Part shown: positions 13,801-23,985 of the stretch, piece by piece | Numbering within the stretch: the first letter of the stretch is position 1 | Layout: every line of letters starts with the position of its first letter | Assembly: GCF_963921235.1 (NCBI RefSeq) | Contig: NC_086097.1 | Coordinates: 168,952,001-169,016,000 of the forward strand | Reading direction: 5' to 3' | DNA length: 64,000 nt | Source of the DNA: Mobula hypostoma | Taxonomy: Eukaryota | Notes under the pieces: model-generated | Seen by the model: only the letters and a program-made list of their open reading frames with translations | What the model was told of the DNA's origin: nothing | The model's database searches: none | Program-made: the position numbers and the translations under genes

Positions 13801-15937
13801 GAGAATGATGTTCATGACAGTGAAATACGACAACCAACAAGTCACATTGCGCTTGTATATGGTAAAAAAAAAACAGGAGGATCAGCACTATAGGGCTGTG
13901 ATTAGCTGAGCAACTAAAACTGCTAATATGATAAACTGATTAGCAAGGCTTGGCCTACTCCGGGCTACTTCAGGGTTCAGATCTGTGGACCCATTTTTGG
14001 TTCAGAATGCAGTTGTTTACTTCAATTGACTTGTATTTTTTCCCTTCTTTTGTGCACCAAGAGTTGGTCTTTTATTTTTATTCTTTTTATCCCCTTAAAT
14101 TGGGTTCTTTTAGGTTTCTTGCTTTATGGCTACCTGTGAGCAAGCAAATCTCAAGGTTGTATAATTTATACATTCTTTGATAATAAACATACTTGAATCT
14201 TGATTGGAGATCCATTGACAACTTGCAGGCCACATCCTCTGCAATAGAGTGAACTGAAAGCGAATTAAGAAAGATACAGGATAATGCCACAACTATATTC
14301 AAGGATGGTATATCAGGGGTAAAATAGTGTTAAATGAAAATGCAGCACCCAAGTTTTGCAAAGTCCATCCAGTTCCTTATACCATCTGTCATAAAGTAGC
14401 CAGTGAGTTAGACTGCATGGAGACTGAAGAAATTCTTTCCAAAGATGAATGGAGCCCATGGGCAATGCCATTGGGCCCAGTAGCCAAGAAGAATGGGTCT
14501 GTCAGAATCTGTGGTGATTTTAAGGTCATCATCAACCCAGCACTGAAAGTAGATCAATACCCCCTGCCCAGCATAGGTGATATCTTTGCAAACCTTTCTG
14601 GAGGGAAACACTTCAACAAAGTGCATAGCCGATTGAGATGGAAGAAGAATCCAAAGAGTTTCTCACCGTAAACACTCACAAAAGGCTTTACCACGATAAT
14701 AGGCTTATTTCTGCAGTAGCATCTGCACTCGCACTCTGGCAGAAAGCTATGGACCGGGTGCCACAGGGCTGCCCAGGCACTCAGAGATAGTCATAGTCAT
14801 AGTCAAAGGCATACTTTATTGATCCCGGGGGAAATTGGTTTTTGTTACATTTGCACCATAAGTAATTAAATAGTAATACAACCATAAATAGTTAAATAGT
14901 AATATGTACATTATACCAGGAAATAAGTCCAGGACCAGCCTATTGGCTTAGGGTGTCTGACCCTCCAAGGGCGGAGTTGTAAAGTTTGATGGCCACAGGC
15001 AGGAATGACTTCCTATGACACTGGACACTTCACTGCTACTGGTAAGGATGACAAGCAACACCTCCAAAACCTTAAGACAGTGTTAAAAAGATTAGAATAT
15101 TATGGGCTCAGAGCATGATGTGACAAGTGAGGCACAAGGATTACACAAGTATGCTGAGAAAATTTGAGCAGTTGTAGATGCCCGAAGCCCAAAGGACATG
15201 TCACAGTTATGGTCCTTTTTAGGATTTGTCAATTGCTATTACAGGTTCCTGCCAAACCTGGCCACCGTGCTCTACTCCTTGAACTCATCACTACAGATTG
15301 GAAAGAAGTGGCATTGGACAAAGCAGCGTGAGGTGGCTTTCAAAAAGGTAAAGGAAATGGTAACCTCGAACATTGTACACACACATTAAGATCCACATTG
15401 TTCATTGAAACTTGCCTGTGACGCCTCACCTTAGGGTACAGGTGCAGTCATGTCATATGTTATGAGTGATGGAAGTGAATGCCGTATAGCTTCTGCATCA
15501 CATTCCATTACCACTGCAGAAAAGTATTATGCACAGATCGACATGGAGGCCTTGAATTTGGAAGGAGGTACTTGTATGGGAGAGAGTTTGTCCTCATTAC
15601 TGATCATCACCCACTAGTGTCCATTCTCAATCTACAAAAGGGTGTTCCACTAACTGTAGTAGCATGAATGCAGATATGTGCTCTGTACTTTGGAGGACAC
15701 AATTAGAAGATTAAATTCAAGAGAATGATTAATATGGATAGATTGTCCTGTTTACACTTGGAAAAGGAAATACTGGAAAAATTACAAAAGGAGACATTGC
15801 TCTTGATGTATTCTCCCTTACACAAATTGAAAGTCTCCCTATTACAGCAGAGATAATCCAAAGGGAAACCAGAAAAGATCCCACAATGTCTCAGGTCTAC
15901 ATGGCAATCCAAAATGGCAGGAAAATGCAGCAGAAAC
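10811..15937 (+). mobile_element. 3'-truncated, decayed Gypsy retrotransposon (probable 5' LTR ~10811-12583 split by a Tigger element; gag, PR, RT, RNase H remnants)
   Basis: PBS-like tggcgacaag at ~12585; gag start MAGYIRKIDSFD at ~12794; ORF 14327-14671 PVAKKNGSVRICGDFKVIINPALKVDQYPLP; ORF 15198 LWSFLGFVNCYYRFLPNLA; LACDAS and FVLITDHHPL RNase H motifs; interrupted at ~13918-14200 and ~14785-15020 by LINE tails. Confidence 0.8.
10892..12427 (+). mobile_element. Internally deleted pogo/Tigger DNA transposon
   Basis: TA|caggtgtaccctgc ... gcgggggaaacctg|TA (TA TSD, imperfect TIRs); N-terminal HTH MSSKVSEKPKRARKGVTLRVKRDIIKRFDRGE at ~11090 joined to the acidic C-terminal region DEDDVEEVLVSHDQELIDEELMQLEEE; catalytic DDE core absent. 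Confidence 0.85.
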
Positions 15938-16052
15938 TCCAGTTCAGCAGGGTCTCAGCCCAAAACGTTGACTGTACTCTTTTCCATAGATACTGCCTGG
16001 CCTGCTGAGTTCCTCCAGCATTTTGTGTGTGTTGCTTGGATTTCCAGCATTT
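15938..16052 (+). repeat. Degenerate PLE terminal repeat (decayed hammerhead region)
   Basis: gggtctcagcccaaaacgttgactgt...tgcctggcctgctgagttcctccagcattttgtgtgtgttgcttggatttccagcat. Confidence 0.75.
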
Positions 16053-17490
16053 AGGAATCAGATGGCAGAGGGAAGAAGCTGTTCCTGAATGACTGAGTGT
16101 GTGCATTCAGGCCTCTGGGCCACCAACCTGATGGTAACAGTGAGAAAAGGGCATGCCCTGGGTGCTGGAAGTCCTTAGTAATGGATGCTACCTTTCTGAG
16201 ACACTGCTCCTTGAAGATGTCCTGGGTACTTTGTAGGCTAGTACCCAAGATAGAGCCCAATAAATTTACAACCCTCTGCAGCTTCTTTCGATCCTGTGCA
16301 GTAGCCCCCACATACCCCCATGCCTGTCAAAATGCTCTCCATGGTACATCTATAGAAGCTATGAGTGTATTTGTTGACATATCAAATCTCTTCAAACTCC
16401 TAATGAAGTATAGCCACTATCTTGCCTTCTTTATAACTGCATCGATATGTTGGGACCAGGTTAGATCCTCAGAGATCTTGACACCCAGGAATTTGAAACT
16501 GTTGACTCTCTCCACTTCTGACCCCTCTATGAGGATTGGTATGTGTTTCTTCATCTTACCCTTCCCAAAGTCCACAATCAGCTCTTTTGTCTTACTGACG
16601 TTGTTGCTGCGGCACCATTCCACTAGTTGGCATATCTCACTCCTGTACGCCCTCTCGTCACCACCTGAGATTCTACCAGCAATGGTTGTATCATCAGCAA
16701 ACTTATAGATGGTACTTGAACTATGCCTAGCCACACAGTCATGTGTATACAGAGAGTGGAGCAGTGGGCTAAGCACACACCCTTGAGGTGAGTCAGTGTT
16801 GATCGTTAGCGAAGAGGATATGTTATCGCCAATCCACATGGATTGTGGTCTTCTGGTTAGGAAGTCGAGTATCCAATTGCAGAGGGAGGTACTGAGGCCC
16901 AGATTCTGCAACTTCTCAATCAGGATTGTGGAAATGATAGTATTAAATGCTGAGCTATAGTCGATGAACAGCATCCTGACATAGATGTTTGTGTTGTCCA
17001 GGTGGTCTAAGGCTGTGTAAAGAGCCATTGAAATTGCATTTGCTGTTCACCTATTGTGGTGATAGGCAAACTGCAGTAGGTCTAGACCCTTGCTGAGGCA
17101 GGAGTTCAGTCTAGTCATGATCAACCTCTCAAAGCATTTCATAACTGTAGGTGTGAGTGCTACTGGGTGATAGTCATTCAGGCAACTCACTTTATTTTTC
17201 TTAGGCACTGGTATAATTGTTGTCTTTTTGAAGCAAGTGGGAACTTCCGCCTGTAATAATGAGAGGTTGAAAATGTCTTTGAATACTTCTGCCAGTTGGA
17301 TGGCAGAGGTTTTCAGAGCCTTACTGGGTAATCCATCGGGACCCTCCGCCTTGCGAGGGTTCACTCTCTTTAAAGACAGCCTAACATCAGCCTCCAAGAC
17401 AGGGTCATAAGGTGCAGCAGGGAGCTTCACAGGTGAACTTATATTCTCCCTTTCAAAGCAGGCACAGAAGGCATTGAGAAACTGTACTCG
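16053..17490 (-). mobile_element. Rex1/Babar-type LINE ORF2 fragment
   Basis: ORFs 16417-17028 ([34 protein letters not shown]) and the 3' part of 17047-17856 (VNPRKAEGPDG, CLNDYHPVALTP). Confidence 0.9.
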
Positions 17491-18249
17491 TGACCTGATG
17501 CTGCAGTCTGGGGTTGGTAAATTTTTTAAATGTCTGTAAATGATGTTGCTTACTGAAGTTCCTGTGGCTATGACTATGGATTTCAACTGTAGTAGTCTTA
17601 AATGGGAACGCAGACTTACACACAAAGAGCTGCCACTTTCTGGTGCCAGCTTGTACCAACATTTAGGACTCCACCGAAAATAAAGTATGAGCAAAAAAAA
17701 GTTGGTTAACATGCCAGGTTTGCCCATAAATAAAGAATGCTTTGAGTTGGTACAAGAGCAGCAATGCCCAAAACAAATTACACCATTTTGAAAGAATATT
17801 GCTGTGCACCATGAGCAAATAACATTAAGAATCCAAATGAGGCTAAATAGTACCAAATAAGAGATAAAATGATTGGTTTAAGAACTTAATCGGTAGCCTC
17901 AGCAACTGAATAAATTGACATGCAAAGTGAGCATGACAGTACTAATTCATTATTTACAACAAAAAAGACATAGAATTACAGTTAGAACTCGAATAAAATA
18001 GTGTTAAGTACATTTAAATATTAAACAGAATAATTTATAAATGTAAAGAGATTAGTCCAGTGAATCTATTTTGAGCTGTCTACAATATCCTTTCTTAAAT
18101 AGGGGACCAACATTAAGCTCTGTTTCCCTGGTGATGCCTCTATATACAGTAATTGTAACAAATACATTTTTCCCATCTACTCTGACTAGGACCCTTATAA
18201 TTTACACATCAGTCTCCTCAATTCTGAAGGAAATAACACTAATTTTACC

Positions 18250-19440
18250 CAATCTTCCCTTACATCTAAAAACTACCAGTCCTGGTAAAATTATCTTCTA
18301 TGTTCTCTGCGCTATCTCCAGTGCTATCACACAGCTTCTGTAATGCAATAACCAGAATTATATTTGGCATCTTGAACTGTGGCCCAAATATTTTTGCATA
18401 TGATCTTTGCTCTTAAATTCTATGTTCCAGCTAATAAAGGGAAGCGTCCCCTTTGCCTTTTTAACTGTCTTTTTGACTGTACTCCTAACTGCACACATAT
18501 TGCAAGGTCTCTTTATTATTCTACACCACTCATTGTCTTTCCATAGTTTCGTTCCATCACTGCAAATGCATCTCTTGTTTCTCTGAATTAAATTCTATTT
18601 GCCGCTTTCTGTCGAATTTTCAAAAAATTTACACCTTCCTACATTTTAAAACTTTGTTCCTCTCTATCAACGGCATGCTACAGTTTTATCACCAGCAAAC
18701 GTCCTCAAGCATCCTACCTTTTAATACATATCATCAATATATGTTACAAAAAGCAAAGGACCAAATACCATGCCCCATGGAATGCCACTATTAACAACCA
18801 TCTATTACTAAAATAAAACATTCACCATTACCTACTTTTTCCTGCTTTAAAAACAATTTTGAATCCAATTAGCCACAATTCCTGGATTGGAAACGCTTTT
18901 ATTTTTTGGACTAGCCGGCCATTTGGGATCAAAATCCATCAAGAATACAACAAATAAACTAACCTCATGACTTTTCTCAAAACATTCAGTCTTACTGGTC
19001 TGTCCCAATCCTCCCTTATCAAATGAATGCTCACTGTCCCTGATTAATCCCATTCAACTGTCCCCTAAAAATTGATTTTAATACTTAGCCTATGAATCCT
19101 GCTGAACCAAATACTCAGGATTTCATCTTCCTTCATCAAAATACGTACACCATTATCAGTCATTCAATTCTTATGCCACTCCTGTTGCCATCACTGGAAG
19201 ATAGTTGGAGCCTCTGTAATTTCCTCCCCCACTTTTTATGGCCTGGGTAACAATTTATCTAGAACTGGAGATTTATCTGCTATCGAAGATACAAAATCCT
19301 TCAACTCTTCCTCTTTTAGTATGTTATTCAATTCAATATTATGCGCTCATCTTCCTCAACTACTATACTGATGTTACCCTTTTCTTCTGTGAAGCGGCTG
19401 GAAAACATTCATTTAAATTCTTATCTATAGCATTCACCCC
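18250..19440 (-). mobile_element. Old, highly decayed CR1-like LINE fragment
   Basis: Residual CR1-like phrases (aaaagcaaaggaccaaatacc...ccatggaatgccacta; ttttgaatccaatt); no usable ORF. Confidence 0.5.
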
Positions 19441-19451
19441 CAATTAGCCCT

Positions 19452-20007
19452 TGTAACTCTCGGTTCAGCTAGTGGCTTAGTCTAGGGGAAGACAGCCCCC
19501 AGCCCGGCCAAACTTAAGAAATCTTGTTTGGGTGGATGCTGTGTGATGTGTTTCTGTTAAAAATCAGTACCACGAAATAACAAACAGTACATCATATGTG
19601 ATTAAATGATTGAGCTTTATAATTCTTAATTTGACTATATGGTTAGTAAAGAAACAAAAAAAGAAAAAGGGCCCATTCTCATGAAACAGTCTAATGCGCA
19701 ACGCGGGAGCTCACGGTTCCATCCATTTGTTCCCTGTCGCCCTCCGCCGCACATAGCCAACCCTCGGACCCTCGCTCCAAGTCCACTCCGCCCGGCAGTC
19801 TACCAACTCTCTCCATTCGCATCTTCTCTCTTCATCTCTCCCCAACAAAAGACCACGAAATCCCTGTTCCCAGACCCACAAGAAAGAACAACATGCCTCT
19901 CATTGGATAGTACACATTTCAAAGCCCTTTTATCTCTAGTCATAACCCAAACATTGCTGCTACAGAGAAACCATTACGTTAGCAGTGAAACCTTACAGCG
20001 CGTTACC
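19452..20007 (-). mobile_element. Solo LTR of the Gypsy family at 33497-40262, opposite orientation
   Basis: Reverse complement matches 39724-40262 end to end (tgtaactctcggttcagctagtggctta ... ctacagagaaaccatta...agtgaaacctt). Confidence 0.9.
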
Positions 20008-20515
20008 TCTGTAATATGTCCTATTCATTCCTCAGTTATTCTCTTACTTGTAAATTACATATATTGTTAAGTGAATAACTAGAGAGAATTAAATACAAAT
20101 CTTCTCATGAACCACTTATTTTGCTGTTAATAGAGTCAGAGTCAATTTATTATCATTGACATGTGTCATGAAATGTGTTGTTTTGTGGCACCAGTACTAG
20201 GGAAGACCTGAAAACAATTACTGTAAGTTACAATAGAAATTACATAAATAGAGAAAAAGAGGTACTGTGCATTGACCATTCAGAAATCTGATTCTTGAAA
20301 CATTGAGTGTGAGTCTTCATGCTTCTGTACCTCCGCCCGATGGTAGTAATGAGAAGAGGGTATGTCCCGGATGGTAAAGGTCCTAGGTAACGGATACTAC
20401 CTCATTGAGGCACCCCATAAAGATGTCCTCGATGGTGGAGAAGGTTGTGCATGTGATGGAGCTGGCAGGGTTTACAACCTCTGCAGCCTCTTGTGATCCT
20501 GTGCATTGAAAGCTC

Positions 20516-22572
20516 TCTGTTTTTTTCTGGTCACCAGACCCAACCAGTTCCCCTCCACCACCACTTTCCTCCACCTAACAAAACTTGTCCTCACTCTAAA
20601 TAATTTATCCTTTGGCTCCTCCCACTTCCTTCAAACAAAAGGTGTAGCCATGGGCACTTCCATAGGTCTCAGCAATATCTGCCTGTTTGTCAGCTACATG
20701 GAACAATCTATGTTCCAAGCCTACACTGGTGACAATCCCGTACTTTTCCTACACGACCTCGATGACTACATTGGTGCTGCTTCCTACACCCATGTTGAAC
20801 TTGTTGACTTCATCCACTTTGCCTCCAACTTCCACCCTGCTCTCAAATTTATCTGGTCCATTTCCAACACCTCCCTCCCCTTTCTCGATCTCACTGTCTT
20901 TATCTCTTGAGAAAGTTTAACCACTGATGTCTATTATAAACCCACAGACTCTCACAGCTACTTGGACTATACCCCTTCCCATCCTATTACCTCTAAAAAC
21001 ACCAGCCCCTTCTCTCAATTTCTCTGTCTCCACCACATTTGTTCTCAGGAGGAAGCTTTCCATTCTAGAATGAAGGAGATGTCCTTTCTTAAAGAAAGAG
21101 GCTTCTCTTCCTCCAGCATCAACACTGCCCTCAACCGCATCTCTTCCATTTCATGCACGTCTGCTCTCATCCCATCCTCCCACCACCCTACCAAGGATAG
21201 GGTTCCTCTTGCCCTCACCTACCACAACCCACCAACCTCTGCATCTAGTACATTGTTCTCTGAAACTTCCGCCATCTCCAACAGGATCCCACCACCAAGC
21301 ACATCTTTCCATTCCCCGCCCCCCTCCACGTTTTGCTAACTGCAGTGATCGCTCCCTATATGACTCCCTTGGCAATTCATCCCTCCCCACTGATCTCCCT
21401 CCTGGAAATTATGCTTGGACAGAGTGGATGTGGCAAAGTTGTTTCCCATGATGGGGGAGTCTAGTACGAGAGGGCATGACTTAAGGATTGAAGGGCGCCT
21501 ATTCAGAACAGAAATGCGAAGAAATTTTTTTAGTCAGAGGGTGGTGAATCTATGGAATTTGTTGCCACGGGCAGCAGTGGAGGCCAAGTCATTGGGTGTA
21601 TTTAAGGCAGAGATTGATAGGTATCTGAGTAGCCAGGGCATCAAAGGTTATGTTGAGAAGGCGGGGGAGTGGGACTAAATGGGAGAATGGATCAGCTCAT
21701 GATAAAATGGCGGAGCAGACTCGATGGGCTGAATGGCTGACTTCTGCTCCTTTGTCTTATGGTCTTATGGTCTTGTAAGTGGAACAAGTGCTGCACCTGC
21801 CCCTACTCATCCTCCCTCACTACTATCCAGGGCCCTAAACAGTCCTTCCAGGTAAGGCAGCACTTCACCTGTGAGTCTGTTGGGGTCATATACTGTTTCC
21901 AGTGCTCTCGGTGTGGCCTTCTCTATATTGGTGAGACCCGTCATAGATGGGGAGATTGCTTCGCCAAGCACCTGCACTCGGTCCCCCATAAATAAGTAGG
22001 ATCTCCCAGTGGCCATCCATTTTAATTCCATTACCCATTCCATTTCTGATATATTTATCCATGGCCTCCTCCACTGTTGTGATGAGGCCACACTTAGGTT
22101 GGAAGAACAACACCTTATATTCCGTTTGAGTAGCTTCCAACCTGATGGCATGAACATTGATTTCTCAAACTTCTGGTAATACTCCCCAACCCCTCTTCAC
22201 CATTTCTCATCCCTTTTCCTTCTCTCTCCTCATCTCCTTGCCTATCCAACACCTCCCTCTAGTGCTCCTCCCCCCTTTTCTCTCTTCCATGTTGTTCCGT
22301 CTCTTTCACCAATCAACTTCCCAGCTCTTTACTTCATCCCTCCCCCTTCAGGCTTCACTTATCACATTGTGTTTCTCTCTCCCCTCCCTCCAACTTTTAA
22401 TTCTACTCCTCAGCTTCTTTTTCTCCAGTCCTACCGAGGGGTTTCAGCCCAAAACGTCGACTGTACTTTTTTCTATAGGTGCTGCCTGGCCTGCTGAGTT
22501 CCTCCAGCATTTTGTGTGTGTTGCTTGGATTTCCGGTATTTGCAGATTTTCTTTTGTTTGTGTTGTGTGTAT
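20516..22572 (+). mobile_element. 5'-truncated Penelope-like element (RT + GIY-YIG endonuclease + terminal repeat)
   Basis: QTKGVAMGT and LDDYIG (20506 ORF); VYYKPTDSHSYLDY..SHP; VIYCFQCSRCGLLYIGET (GIY-YIG); 14-bp TSD tgcattgRaagctc at 20502-20515 and 22573-22586. Confidence 0.9.
21417..21772 (+). mobile_element. CR1 3' end inserted in the PLE
   Basis: LDRVDVAKLFP...TRGHDLRIEG...RRNFFSQRVVNLWN; tail (tcttatgg)n. Confidence 0.9.
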
Positions 22573-23555
22573 TGCATTGGAAGCTCCATACTAGTTGATG
22601 ATGCAACCAGTCAGAATACTCTCCACAGTACAACTGTAAAAATTTGTTGGTGACATACAAAATTTCCTCATTAAATATATATACTGTAGCAGTGCCCATA
22701 CCTTCTTCATGATTGTATCAATGTGTTGGGCCCAGGATAGGTCTTCTGCTATGCTGATGCCCAGCATTTAATAAGGTCACATTTAATATCAAGAGAAGGG
22801 TGCTATATAACAGCACGGAAATGAAATAACCCCAGCATTAGCACAAATATGATGGGCTGAATAGCTTTAATCATATGAAACGTCTATTAATATTCAGTTT
22901 TTCTCATCAATCACATTACAAATTAACTGCCTGGGCATGTTACTTTCAAAGAGAATAAGAGTTATTTGGGTTCTTCCATCACTTTCTGTGTTATTCCAAA
23001 TTCTAGCATCTGCAGTCTTTTGTGTCTCTAATTATCAGAAAACAGCTGTTCTCCATTTTTTACTAAGAAAATACAATATGAATATACGGTATTGTGAACC
23101 CTTAAATAGAATGTAAAAGAGGAAATAGGTTTCATCAGTTTGGTTCTGCAACGTTACTCCACAGAAATCTTCCAGGTTTCCACGTGAAATACATCTTATT
23201 GATACATTCTATATTATTGCTCAGATTATAATCCCTTTTTTGAAGAATAGTGAAATGGAGGATTTGAAGATGAGCCAGAATAATAGCAAATACTTGTGAA
23301 GTTAAACATGCAAATATATTTGAGGTAAGTAATAAACCAAGTGAGTTCCAAAGGTTTGCATGCTCAAGAGTGATAGGGCAATAGAACATAGTTACAGGCA
23401 CTTTGGCTCAACAAGTCCATGTTGACAATGGTGCCAATCCAGCGAGTTGTAATTTCTTGTCCATTTCCCTCGAAGCCCTGTCCCTGTGTGTACCTATTCA
23501 AGAGTCATAGAGTAATAGAATACTACAACACTGAAATAGACTGAAGCATTAATCT

Positions 23556-23985
23556 CACAAACACGAGGAATTCTGCAGACGCTGGAAATTCAAGCAACAC
23601 ACATCAAAGTTGCTGGTGAACGCAGCAGGCCAGGCAGCATCTCTAGGAAGAGGTACAGTCGACGTTTCGGGCCGAGACCCTTCGTCAGGACTAACTGAAG
23701 GAAGAGCTAGTAAGAGATTTGAAAGTGGGAGGGGGAGGGGGAGATCCAAAATGATCCTCTCATATCCCTTTTGCCAATCACCTGTCCAGCTCTTGGCTCC
23801 ATCCCTCCCCTTCCTGTCTTCTCCTATCATTTTGGATCTCCTCCCTCCCCCTCCCACTTTCAAATCTCTTACTAGCTCTTCCTTCAGTTAGTCCTGACGA
23901 AGGGTCTCGGCCCAAAACATCGACTGTACCTCTTCCTAGAGATGCTGCCTGGCCTGCTACGTTCACCAGCAACTTTGATGTGTAT
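23556..23985. mobile_element. Inverted (tails-out) PLE mini-element inserted in the CR1 3' UTR
   Basis: Left arm on minus, right arm on plus of the same terminal repeat; perfect 14-bp TSD tgaagcattaatct at 23542-23555 and 23986-23999. Confidence 0.9.
23657..23692 (-). ncRNA. Minimal type-I hammerhead ribozyme motif (intact core)
   Basis: Minus strand reads AGUC-CUGACGA-A-GGG ucucgg CCC-GAAA-CG-UC-GACU: conserved core, stem I AGUC/GACU, stem II GGG/CCC, vestigial stem III with ACGU palindrome. Confidence 0.75.

Larger units (their letters stand above)
20130..22765 (-). mobile_element. Rex1/Babar-type LINE 3' fragment split by the PLE at 20516-22572
   Basis: 20130-20515 and 22573-22765 are consecutive parts of the same LINE 3' region seen at 5325-5900. 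Confidence 0.7.

Noticed and set aside
17047..17856. 269-aa ORF as a real gene
   Set aside because: Chance read-through of unique sequence into a Rex1 ORF2 fragment
23224..23330. Plus-strand exon ending at gag|gtaagt
   Set aside because: Stops in all three frames after the nearest acceptor
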